Part shown: piece by piece, positions 13,689 to 25,066 of the stretch | Layout: each line of letters opens with the position of its first letter | Numbering within the stretch: position 1 is the first letter of the stretch | Virus record (IMG/VR): IMGVR_UViG_3300025033_000013 | Source of the DNA: an uncultured virus (IMG/VR IMGVR_UViG_3300025033_000013) | Lineage: Duplodnaviria; Heunggongvirae; Uroviricota; Caudoviricetes | Length of the DNA stretch: 64,000 bases | Direction: 5' to 3' (one strand) | Translations under genes and position numbers: made by a program | The notes under the pieces: model-generated | What the model was told of the DNA's origin: nothing | The model's database searches: none | The model's input: only the letters and a program-made list of their open reading frames with translations

Positions 13689-13944
13689 AAGTTCTTTGAG
13701 TATCAGCCCAGTCGCCTGTTATCAAGCCTGTCAACACATTCTTTTCAGTGCATCGGTTTTAATTCCTGCATAACTATGACACCACCGTTTATTTAGGTTG
13801 AACACTTCGCCAAGTGTTCGGGTTTTATTTTCCTAAAGCGTACTTTTTCCCTATCTTATATAGCGTATAACCTTCATAACTCTCATCTCCATAGACCGCA
13901 TCTTGTTGCTTTCACGTTTTCGGTTTTGTTTACTCAAAGAACTT
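13689..13944 (-). ncRNA. candidate structured ncRNA carried as cassette cargo
   Basis: 14-bp terminal stem AAGTTCTTTGAGTA/TACTCAAAGAACTT, internal hairpin GAACACTTGGCGAAGTGTTC, no ORF, and a start just after TATATTTG (13948-13955). Confidence 0.6.
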
Positions 13945-14880
13945 ATGCAAATATAGTAAATAATTTGTAAATACAAAAGGAATATTAAAAAGTTTTGTAA
14001 TAATTTTACCGTACTAATGGTAACAACGGCTATATGTCCATTGCTCGTACCTCACAACGGCACATAGCCAAACCGTTACCCCACATTATAAGCAGGGAGT
14101 ACAACTTTCATACTTAGATTAAAACCTTTTGTTTCTTCTTTAAAGTGGTCAAGTGCTTTACCTAAAGCCTCGTGTTCATTTGAAGCATCAGTTATTAAGC
14201 ATCGCAAAAGGTTTTCTCTTGCGTTTACAAATACCAATGAAACAGAATAACGTGGGGTAACATTGTATAAAACCAATAGCTCTTGCTCTAGGTCATTTAT
14301 ACACATGTTTCCTTCATCAAATCTTTCCATTAATTCAGTTATCTTTTCTTTCATGTCGCTACTGTTTTTATACCTTGCCGTTAGCAACAATTATGTGGCT
14401 TTGGGGTGTTCACATTTCTCACGTCCGCATTTACATTTAGTGGCACTGCTTGTGCTATTGTCAGGGTCGAAAGAGCCACATAAAAGATTGCTAACATTGT
14501 GTATAGGTAATTTTTGCCCTACGTTAATACCTTTTAAGTACATTTCTGCTTTTTTTTCAACTCTTGCTCTTATGTTGTGGTCATAGTCATTTTCTTGCAT
14601 CCACATATAAAAGTCTGTTAATTCTTTAATCTTATCCATAATTCAGTTTTATTTAATCGGGCAAAAACTACCCATACACTCGTTCGTTAGCAAACATAAA
14701 AATTATGCTTCCAACCATTGTATTAAGTAATCTAATGTATCAAAAGAAAAAAGTTCAACATCATATTCATTTATAGTTCCACTTCCATCAGAAAATATCC
14801 TGAATTCAACACATGTTCTACCACTTTTTTCTTCAAACTTGTGTATTAATTTAAGTTTATCGTTAATTAACCGCACCAGC

Positions 14881-14934
14881 AGGTAACAAGGTATAAACCA
14901 CATTAAAACGATGGTTTATACCCGTCCGTTAGCC
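14881..14934 (+). repeat. minimal attC-like site with CATTAAAACG loop
   Basis: AGGTAACAAGGTATAAACCA-CATTAAAACGA-TGGTTTATACCCGTCCGTTAGCC; the same loop occurs in the site at 21988-22041. Confidence 0.8.
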
Positions 14935-16675
14935 ACCATTTGAGAAACGTTCTTTATAATAAGTTTCCCCATCTCTTGGAGCATCTATATTACACCTAGA
15001 TTTACATCCATTATTTACGGCATCAACTATTTGCTTTTTCTCTTTGTTCAACCAAATTTGAATATCTGCATCTATATTATTTCTCAAAGGGTCATTCAAA
15101 CTTGTATAAGTTTTAATATAATCAATTAATTCTTGTACTACTGTCATAATAAAAAAGGTTTCTAACAATGTGTATAAAAAATAGCCTAATTAAGTTTTGT
15201 AATAATTCCGAACGCCTATGTATGGGCTAATTTTCATACACTCGTCCGTTAGCCGTAATTCAATCACGCCATGTTACGTGCATTGCTTCGAGCTTATCTC
15301 CGAGCAGTGGCGAACCATAGTTTTCAAACTTCATTTTTAATAAAGGATATACTTCTAAATTGTTTGGGCATTGTATTTTAAATGGTAGCTTACGTTTATC
15401 TTCCGAAATCTGTAATGCCTCTAAAATGAAGTCATTCAAACTTTTTTCTTCATCAGATGAACTACGGCTAACATCGTATAAAAAAACATTGCCAGCTTCA
15501 TCGGTAATTTTAAATTCGTATTTCATATCAAGTTTATTTTAAGTTTAACATTCGTGTTTCAAAATGGCAACGTTTCTTATACGTAACCGTTATGAGTAAT
15601 GCTAATTATCCCTTTCAAAAGTCGATTTTCCTTTTAAATTCGTTCCGAAAATTTCATTTAAAGGGTCAATAACATCTTGAGAAACTCCCATTAATTTTAA
15701 TCTTAAATTAGAAATTTCAGTAGTCATTTCTCTTTCCCTTTTTGAAGCATTTCTAACAACTTCATTTAACCCTTCATATCTAAATTCTGCGTGTTCATAA
15801 TTTTGCTTAAGTAGTGTAACACTTTTTAAAATTGTCCATTTATGAAAGAATTTTGGAACTCTTTTATAATACCACCAAAATAAAATGTGATTTGCTTTTA
15901 ACAACACCGCACTACTCATAACAGTGGTTATAAGCAATTGCCACTTTTGTCTTAAATTTAAAGACCGTTTTGTTCTTGTTTTCATTGTTTATTAATTTGA
16001 AGTTTAGGCAGTTTTATTGGCAACTGCTTATAGCTACAAAACGTTATAAATAATAAAAATTATTACCTAAGTATATCAACATAATAATTATCGTTATCAT
16101 AACCATATTGCTTCTTTGCAGTTTCTGCTTCTTCTTTTGTATTATATGGTGCAAGTATCACACCATTCTTATCTTTTCCATGTGCAGGTTCTTTTTCATA
16201 AACTGCAAATTGTTCTTTCTTTTTATACATAATTTTTACATATTTATAACAACAAATATAAGCAATTATTTCATTACTTTTAATAAATATTGTTGTTTAA
16301 TAATATTTTTACTCTTTTAATTAAGTTTAGTTAATAACTACTTATATTTGCAACCGTTAGCATTCAGCTTAAAATGCTCCGAGATGCCGTAGAGTTGAAT
16401 GAGTTCTTTCTTTATCTAACTCTAAATTCTTGCGTTCAATATCTCCTAAGTCTGTCTGAGATAGTTTTTCAACAACATAACGCCAATAATGATTTAAAGC
16501 ATCAATTGTTATTTCTGTTTGCCAATCGTTCAATTCATTCATATTTTTAAATATTATTGTTTAACAAAAGCCGAAATGCTAACAAAGTGTATAGCAAATA
16601 AGCCATTAAAGTTTGTACTAATTTGATAGTTTCGTGCGTGGCTTACTTGCCATACACTAAACGTTAGCACCAATA

Positions 16676-17209
16676 CTACGAAAGTGCTTCGATTTCAAGT
16701 ATCATATCTTTATTTTTTACAGCAAAAACAAATTCACCTACATATCCTGCGTCTTCTCCGTAAATAGCATCGCAACTATTCAATTCAGTTAGAAATTTGC
16801 TTGATAAGTATTCTCCCAAAACATTTGAAAATAAATCAAGTTCTTCTTTGTAATTTGATGTAATTGCTATATCACCGATTACGAATAATCCTTGTTGTCT
16901 ATTAAATCTATTTCCGTTTTTACCAGTTTTTTCACTATAAATTTTATTCCATTTATCTAATTTTAGAATATTATAATTTGTTGTATCTATGGTTATTTTA
17001 TAACAATTATCACCGAATTTTTTAGCGTAATCTAAGTTAACCGCTAAATAATCAACACCACTTCGGTTTTTATCGTAAACACCATCAACACATTTATACA
17101 CTTTGGTTTTACCAAAGTTTTTAACTTTATCTATTAATTTTCTTATTTCCATATTTTTACTTATAAATTTACCCCCAATTTCCATTTTAATATCTTCACT
17201 ATGTTTCAT
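16676..17209 (-). CDS. cassette protein, possible ADP-ribosyltransferase-like fold
   Basis: VYK...YLAVNLDYAKKFG..Y pattern; the C-terminal IEALS comes from the cassette frame. Confidence 0.4.
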   Translation of the reverse strand: MKHSEDIKMEIGGKFISKNMEIRKLIDKVKNFGKTKVYKCVDGVYDKNRSGVDYLAVNLDYAKKFGDNCYKITIDTTNYNILKLDKWNKIYSEKTGKNGNRFNRQQGLFVIGDIAITSNYKEELDLFSNVLGEYLSSKFLTELNSCDAIYGEDAGYVGEFVFAVKNKDMILEIEALS

Positions 17210-19305
17210 TATCTATTTGTTAAGTTAATTCTCTGTTCACGCAACACGCCATAAACTTTTCGTTAGTGGCAAGGCTAAAGAACGACCTAAATATCTTCAC
17301 CACGTTTCAATCTTTTAATTTTGTGTTGCAATTCATTGATAGTAACAAGATGAAGTTGAGAATTAACTCTTTCAAATCGTTCTTTAACTTCTTGAGATTT
17401 CCAGTCTTTCAGTTCTTTTTTCAGTCTTTTAATTTCGTCTGTCATTTTAATTTTTTTTGTGAAAAGCCCAGCCACTAACAGCGTGTATATGCAAGTGGCG
17501 GTTCTGTGGTTTATTCAAGTTTAGTTCTTCTGTCAAACTTTCTGCGTAATTGAAAAGTTAGAGCTTCTAATCGCCCCCCTGACATATACACGCAAAACGT
17601 TAGGCACAATAAAAATTACTCAGTTTGTCTTACTATCATTGAAGATAAAACATTAATAATATCAGTGCTTGTTAATTCACATTTAGGTTCTTCTTCACTT
17701 TTATAGTCTAATATAACTTTGAGAAGTTTTATCTTCAATTCTTCTTTTGCTCTAAATTTCATCATTTGTTTGTCTTGGTCTTTCATATCCGTAATTTTTA
17801 CAGATGCCTAACAGCAAGTATAAAACATGCCTATCCTGCATCTAAGTTAATATTTATGTTAATTTAATGTCCATTGTTTCAATCAAAGTTTGTGTTGGCA
17901 CGTTTCATACTTGCGTAACGTTATATTCAATTTTGGGGAAACCATTGTGTATCTGTTAATTCAGACCGCATCCTTCTCAGATGGCAAATAGTTCAAGGAG
18001 TTTTACTGAAACTCATCCCCAAAACTGAAATATAACAACAAATATAAAACATTGCTGTCGTTTTTCAATTATATTATACGTTTAATTTCAAATTTTGTTA
18101 CACTAATTATAATTTTTGTTACAACGTTTTATATTTGCAACCGTTATGTGCAAGCCTAATTAGCGTCATAGTCAGCTTTTGGCTCAGGTTTCCAATCGCC
18201 ATCAGCATCTAAATGAATAGGCGGCCAACCATGTTTCCTAACCATTAACATTCTCATAAACCTGCTCCACATTTTTACCAAACCGTTTACAGCAAAATAG
18301 GCCGCTCCGTTTAGTAATATCATCATTCCTACAAATGGCCAAAAGCCACTAAATGCGATTTCAATTATTTTGTTTATCATTCTATTTGAGTTTTTGAGAA
18401 GGCCAGCACATAACAGCACTATGGCGGGTTTCTCGGTTAATATTAAGTTTAGTGTTTCAAATCAAGTTAAGTGCTTACAGATAGTTCAGCGTTCCAAAAT
18501 CCGCCACATCGCCTATCTGCAAACCGTTAGCACCAATGCCATCAGACCTTCGTATCGACAGCAAAACAGTAAGATAATTCTTCTGCTAATTGCCTCATTT
18601 GTTCATACTCATCATCTTTTAATCCTTCATTGGTGTATGTCATATAAAGTTCTTTCATTTTAGAAAGCCTTACTAATTCTTCTTCGGAAATGTTATCGGG
18701 TAATTTTACTGTTTTTGCCATTGTATTTTTATTTAAGTTTTAATATTTAATTTCGTGTAGGCACTGGTGCTAACACTATGTAAAAAACATTGCTGGCGTT
18801 CGTGTTCCTTCCCAAACAATCCATATTCTTCTTGTTCGTGCAGTTTTCCAAATAGTTCTTCATTCATATCGCAACGATTTTTTACATTTTTCCGTTATAA
18901 GCCATTTAAGAAACTACACGTCTTTTCATAAAGCAAGTCGATAGCTACTTGTTTAGCATCATAAGTTTGGAAACGAACATCTGAACCTCTTTCTGCTTTT
19001 TCATTAGCTATATCCATTGCATCTATAAATAATTTCAATTTGGTAATACTATAATCCTTTATAGCTTCTTTTACTTTGTTATCTGGTATTTTATTATACA
19101 TTTTATTTAAAATTTGTGAAGAAAAACGGCTTATAACAGCACCTAACCAAAATTGGCGGTTCAGTGGTTATATCAACGTTTATGCTTCGATTATACATTT
19201 TTTTTAAATTCAAGTTTTGTGCTTCGTAATCGCCAACTTCGGTTAGCTGCAAATCGTTGTAAAACATTAAAACGATTTTACAACAAAGGCTATAAATAAT
19301 AAGGC

Positions 19306-19494
19306 TTAGGTTCGTGGTTCATCAGGTAAAGCCATCCACCAAGTTTCATCCTCATTACTGTATTTAATCATCTTCGTATCAAGGATGCTTATTGCCATAC
19401 TCGCTTGGCTTTCATTCATTATTCTGTAAACCAACATCTTTTCACCATCAATCTCGCAAGATGGCTTTCGGTCTTTTAATTTAATCCATTTCAT
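19306..19494 (-). CDS. DUF551-like small phage protein inside an attC-like loop
   Basis: MKWIKLKDRKP...TWWMALPDEP. Confidence 0.65.
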   Translation of the reverse strand: MKWIKLKDRKPSCEIDGEKMLVYRIMNESQASMAISILDTKMIKYSNEDETWWMALPDEPRT

Positions 19495-22112
19495 AATTCA
19501 AAGTTTTGTGTTTTAAAATCGCCTTACTATTCATAGCCTATCTACGTTAGTGGCAAGTGCTAACTCTCCGCTTCAATTCAGCTTTGTAGTCTGAAAAATT
19601 AAGTTGGCTTTTAGCTTCTTTGCCATAATAAGTTTCCTCATCATACCACATATCTTCAGCACACGAGCCACCGCCCATTCCTACCGTTAATCCTTCCTTT
19701 GCTTTCCGTTCAATCCATTTAATGATATTTTTCAAGTGATTCGTTTCTAAATCAGTCAACTTAATTTTTTTACCATCTTTTGTTTTATGAAATTTCATTT
19801 TCGTTTAATTTACCGCACCAGCCACTAACAGCGGTTTGGTGCTATTATTTTACCTATTAAATTTATCTAAAACTTGAAATGTCTGCAAGGCAAAATAACA
19901 GACACCAAGCCGAAAAACGTTGTGCAACATTAAAACGATTGCACAACACGGTATATAGTTTATGCCTAATTCCGTGCTGTATCAACGTTTAGTGCTTCTA
20001 ATCTTTTTCTTTTATTTTTTTCCACCCCTCTCAAGATTACGCTTAACAATTCTGTAATTATCGTTTTCAAATTCTTCTTTTTTCAGTCTGCTAAAATGGT
20101 ACTCTAAACTTTGCTTATCAAGTTCAGTAATTTCTTCACACATAACAGGCAAAGAGTCGAGAATATTCTCGGCTCTTTTGTTTGCTTATTTAAAAACCAG
20201 TAAGCCATTATTCAAAAGTTCTTGTTTCGATTATACAGTTTTTAAATTTTTCTGGGTCTTCGTCAATTAAGCTTTGTAAATAATCTTTATCCTCTTCCAT
20301 TTCAGGTTCCCAATTATTAGGATAAAATTTCATTTCTATTGTATCAAAGCTTTCGTCTGTTTTTGTGTTTAAGATGTAATGTAAAGTTTTCATAATTTTG
20401 TGTTTTAAATTGTTATTAATTAATTATTACACTACAAATATATAACTTATTTTGTAACTACCAAAGAAAAAAGCAAAATATTTTAATTATTTTGTAAATA
20501 ATTGCTTTTACAAGCATTTGCCCACGCTCAAAAAAAATAAAAGAAAAAGGGCGGTTAATAATTAAAAGGTTCGTCTTTCAAAAGGCAAATAACCTAATTC
20601 AGTATTTAACCCAATGTGTTTTTCGAATATTTACTCTGCTTCTGTCATTTCATTAAAGTTTATTATTATTAAATCGCACTAACCATACAACCGATACGTT
20701 ATAACCAATACTACTTATCCGCTTCGATTGTAGATAATAATTCATTAACCATTTCATCAACCAAAGAGATACCATGTAAGTCTTTAGTTTTTTTATAATC
20801 ACCCACATTGATGTTTGTAGCTTTGATTTCTTTTTCATCATCACTAATAGTGATTTTAATTGTTAAATTTTCCATTTTACTTGTTTTTAATTTTATCATT
20901 TATTATTTTTGCTAATTCATAATCTTCATTATCAATTGCGTTTTTTAGTTTGGTTTCTAAACTCCTTGGTATTATAACTGCAACTAAAAAAGAACTATCT
21001 ATCTTAATTATAACATCATCACCATTGTTAATTCCATCAACTATATCATTTCTATCTACTTTACAAGTATCATCTATTGCGTAGATGTTTCCGTTTAATT
21101 TAAAAACATTTACTTCGGTAAAATAAACATTATCATTTTCAATATAAAATATATCTGAAGTGTAATTTTGTTTTTCATTACCAAATATTAATAAACTATT
21201 ATCCATAAATTAATTTGTTAATGTCATTTCGTTAATTACTTTTCTAACGCTTTCCATCCAAGCACCTAATATATCTTTTCTAAAATTAAAAATAGACATA
21301 TGTGCATCCCAAATTTCTTTTGGAACTTCTACTTTAATAATTCTTCTATTCTCCATAATTCATTATTTTACAAATATACTAATTATTTTCCAATTAATCA
21401 AGTTTTATCTTAAATTACCGTACTGGTTATAACAAGGTGTATAAGAAAGTTTGCTATTAACAGTGTGGTAATTTGAAAGTTTATACAAGCAAACCTTCTC
21501 ATACACCCAACCGTTAGCACCAATACTACGAAAGTGCTTCGATTTAAAGTTTATTGCTATATTTTGTAAAAAATCCATCACTACCAATTCTTAAAGTATT
21601 AACAATTTCTTTATGTCCACGAAAATCAATAATTTCAACATCTTCTTTGTTTCTATCAATGTAAACCCTTATCGGCTCATCATTTTTATAAAAATTAAAA
21701 AAATGTTCTACGGTTAAATTTTCGTTATGATGGATTATTTCATCATTAGGTATTATAAACACATTGTCACACTCTTCTAAAATTACGCCAACTTGTGGGC
21801 TAATAAATAAACACTGTACATCATCACTAATCATTTCAGTAATTAATGGTTGTAACTCATTTTTAATTGCATCTTTTTTATTGGTTTTTTCAAACCAGTT
21901 CCATTGTTTTTCCATAAATTTATTTTTTTTACAAATATACTAATTATTATCCATTTAATCAAGTTTTATCTTAAATTACCGTACTGGTGCTAACAACAAA
22001 TATATTGCATTAAAACGACAATATATTTGCAGCCGTTATGCTCCATGCCTTAGTTCAGTCCTTCTATTTAACATTTGTGATGAAAAACAAAAAGAATTTT
22101 CCCAACGCACTT

Positions 22113-22700
22113 TTAAAAACCTTTTAATTTATATGCTTTTACAAATTTAGCACCTTTTCCTTTATTTTTCAAATTTATTTCATGTTCATTTGGAAATGAT
22201 AAATTCTGAATTATTGTTTGAATAATATCTATTTCAGATAAAGGAACACTAAGTTCCATTATATAAGGCACTACATCATTATCCCAGTTCTCACTACCAA
22301 TCATTAAAAGCATATCTCCATCAATAGCCCATTTATATGGTGTAACGTGTTCCCCAATATTTTCAATGTCTATCAGTTTTTTATTTTTAACACCAACTGC
22401 TCTATACATTATTGAAGGATTTGGTAATTTTTTATAAAATTCCACCCTTTCTTTTAATTCTTTAAAAGCTTCTTCTTCATCTTCAAATCCTTCCCACCCA
22501 AAAAAATCAATACATTTCAATATTTTATCATCATCTAAATCGTGGAATGTTTTTATTGAATTTTTAAAATCTAATAATCTTTCTTTATATGGCTTTACAC
22601 CTTTAAATGAAGCATATGTGTCATTTTCAAGTTCTTCTTTAATAATTTTAGCAACAAATTCTTTTAAGGTAGTTTTAATATGGTTTTTCATCTCACTCAT
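22113..22700 (-). CDS. cassette protein with IKTTLKEF N-terminal motif, possible ADP-ribosyltransferase-like fold
   Basis: Likely start at MSEMKNHIKTTLKEF; MYRAV...NEHEI pattern. Confidence 0.45.
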   Translation of the reverse strand: MSEMKNHIKTTLKEFVAKIIKEELENDTYASFKGVKPYKERLLDFKNSIKTFHDLDDDKILKCIDFFGWEGFEDEEEAFKELKERVEFYKKLPNPSIMYRAVGVKNKKLIDIENIGEHVTPYKWAIDGDMLLMIGSENWDNDVVPYIMELSVPLSEIDIIQTIIQNLSFPNEHEINLKNKGKGAKFVKAYKLKGF

Positions 22701-24079
22701 AGTATTTTCTTTATATATATAAATATTCCAAATTAAAATTTCCACCCTAAAATTCTTTTTGTTTTTCTTTATTGTTCCAAATTAAGTTTTGTGCTTAATA
22801 ATTCGGCACGAGAGCCACAATACCCTAACTGACATTTAAGCCATTCATTACAATCACTTTCAGTTCCTTGATACACGCAGTGCCCATTTTGTTCTACTTG
22901 GTATGTATCATTTAATCCAATCCTTATACATTTCACTTTCCCTGTGTGCTCTTACCATATTAGTTTTTCCACATCTGCATTGTGTTACTAGAAAATTTGT
23001 ATTGTTTTCCATAGGTATATCATACAATTTATTTTCAAATTTACACTTATGAAAACGATACATAACAGCATATAACCAAAATAGCGGGTTAGGTATGTTA
23101 ATTGTCCATTTTTCTTTCATATCAAGTTTATTTTTATATTCAACATTTGGTTTTAAAGTCCGCTACTTAGGTTATATGCAACCCGTTATACACTATTTAA
23201 CGAGCAAGTTTCAATTCAACAATAAATATTTCAACTGTTTCCTTTTCCAAATCATATAAATTCTTAGGATGTTTACTGTTACAGCACTTATCAATAAAAG
23301 AATCTATTTCATCTTGTGATGGTTTGTTAATGTAAGCGTTTTTACTATAATATTTGGTTTTTCCATCAAATGAAGCATATTTTCCTTTTGCACAAATTTG
23401 ATATAAAACTGTGCCTAACACCGTGTATAAAACATGGTGGGTTTCTGCGTTATTTAAAGTTTCGTTCATTCTATTAAGTTATTAGTAATTTGATAGTTTC
23501 GTGCGTGGCTTACTTGCCATACACTAAACGTTAGCACCCATTTGACCAATCATCAATATCCTCATCTTCAACTAATTCAATCTGACTATTACTATCTTCT
23601 ATTATTTTATTCAACATACCTAATCCATAAGAAGTTGCAGTTCCATAACTCTTTTTATGACATTTGTAGCAACTACCGCTAAAACCGATAAAATAATAGA
23701 AATCAGCATCTTGTTCAACTTTTTCAATTCCAGAATTTAACTTCCACCTGTCACCATTTAAATAATCACCACTCCAAGTTCCAAAAACTTTATAATAATT
23801 GTTTGATAGTTTTAATATTACCCACTTTTCAGGGGTTTCGGTTATATTTCTTTTCATAATTTTAATTTTTAAAAACGTGTTATAACAAGGTATATATGCA
23901 AGTGGGAGTTCTGTTGTTTATTCAACATTCGTTCTTCTATCAAACATTCTGTGTAATTGAAAGGTAAGTGCTTCTAATCGCCACCTGGCATATACACGCA
24001 AAACGTTATGTGTAAGTGTTCAGTTCATCGTTCTAACCAACATTTCGGTTGAAAAATTTAAAAGAAAATCCCACCCACT

Positions 24080-24640
24080 TTATTTAATTCTTTTTAATTT
24101 GATTTTATCATAATTCCATATAATTATTTGATGACCATCTCTGCTATAATATGGTTCTTTGCCATCAAAGCCTTTTGATTTTAAATATTCTTGTTCTAAA
24201 AAATCAATACTACTACCAGTCATCGGGTCTATATATGTTGCATATTTTTTATATTTATCAGTTTCAATAGGTCTAATTAAATCATTCCCATCTAAATTCT
24301 TAACAACATCACCATTAGGTTTAATTACCTTATCCATTTCATAAAACCCATTTTTAATTCCAAAATCAACGAGTTGTTCCCTATTTGGTTGTTCATTTGG
24401 TTTGGCTATTCTTAATTCCTCAAAATTTTCTATTACATATATATAATCACGTTTTCCAATAGATTCTATACCCCAATCATCAATATTTTTTGTTACATAA
24501 AAACCTTTACCCAATTGTCCTTGTTTCGGGTTATAGTTTTTATCAATTTTTAAATTTGGATTATCGGATAAATGATAAACTCTATTCTCATTCAAAAATT
24601 CTCGCATCGTTGTTTTTATAAATTGTTTCAAATCTTTCAT
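24080..24640 (-). CDS. cassette protein with IKTTMREFLNE motif, ADP-ribosyltransferase-like
   Basis: VYHLS...GQLGKGFYVT...LKSKGFDG...QIIIWN pattern typical of ART-like phage domains. Confidence 0.55.
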   Translation of the reverse strand: MKDLKQFIKTTMREFLNENRVYHLSDNPNLKIDKNYNPKQGQLGKGFYVTKNIDDWGIESIGKRDYIYVIENFEELRIAKPNEQPNREQLVDFGIKNGFYEMDKVIKPNGDVVKNLDGNDLIRPIETDKYKKYATYIDPMTGSSIDFLEQEYLKSKGFDGKEPYYSRDGHQIIIWNYDKIKLKRIK

Positions 24641-24767
24641 TGTTTCAAATCTTTCATTGTTTTATTTTTTCTCCCACCACACAAATTTAAGAAAAAATGT
24701 TATTATCCCCAATATCCCAAGTTCCATCATTATCAACCGATTTAATTTGATTTGGTTTAAATGTAAC

Positions 24768-24980
24768 GTGAACTACCCACCCACGCCAGAGGCGATGGGT
24801 TGGGCTTCGGGGGTCACAGACTCACCTAATGGTAACGCCTCATCCCGTTTTTGTTTATACTCCGACTGCATACCACAACCAGAGTTAATAAAAATATACA
24901 ACTTTATTTTTAAAAGTCAAATCTTTTTGTCGCTTACATCCCATTCACGCTAAAGCGATGAATGGGTTTTACGCTCCTTT
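24768..24980 (-). mobile_element. IS200/IS605-derived MITE inserted into an attC-like left arm
   Basis: Right end GTGAACTACCCAC and left end hairpin CCCATTCA..TGAATGGG-TTTTACGCTCC; near-identical to 44088-44300. Confidence 0.9.
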
Positions 24981-25066
24981 ATAAAACATACCCAATCAAG
25001 GTCTGTGGTTTATATCAACTGTTTACTATGGCTACGTTTCATACACACAACCGTTAGCTGCAAGTG

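Noticed and set aside
17940..18016. TPP or SAM riboswitch in the small non-coding cassette
   Set aside because: Only CTGAGA matches; the other conserved elements are missing.
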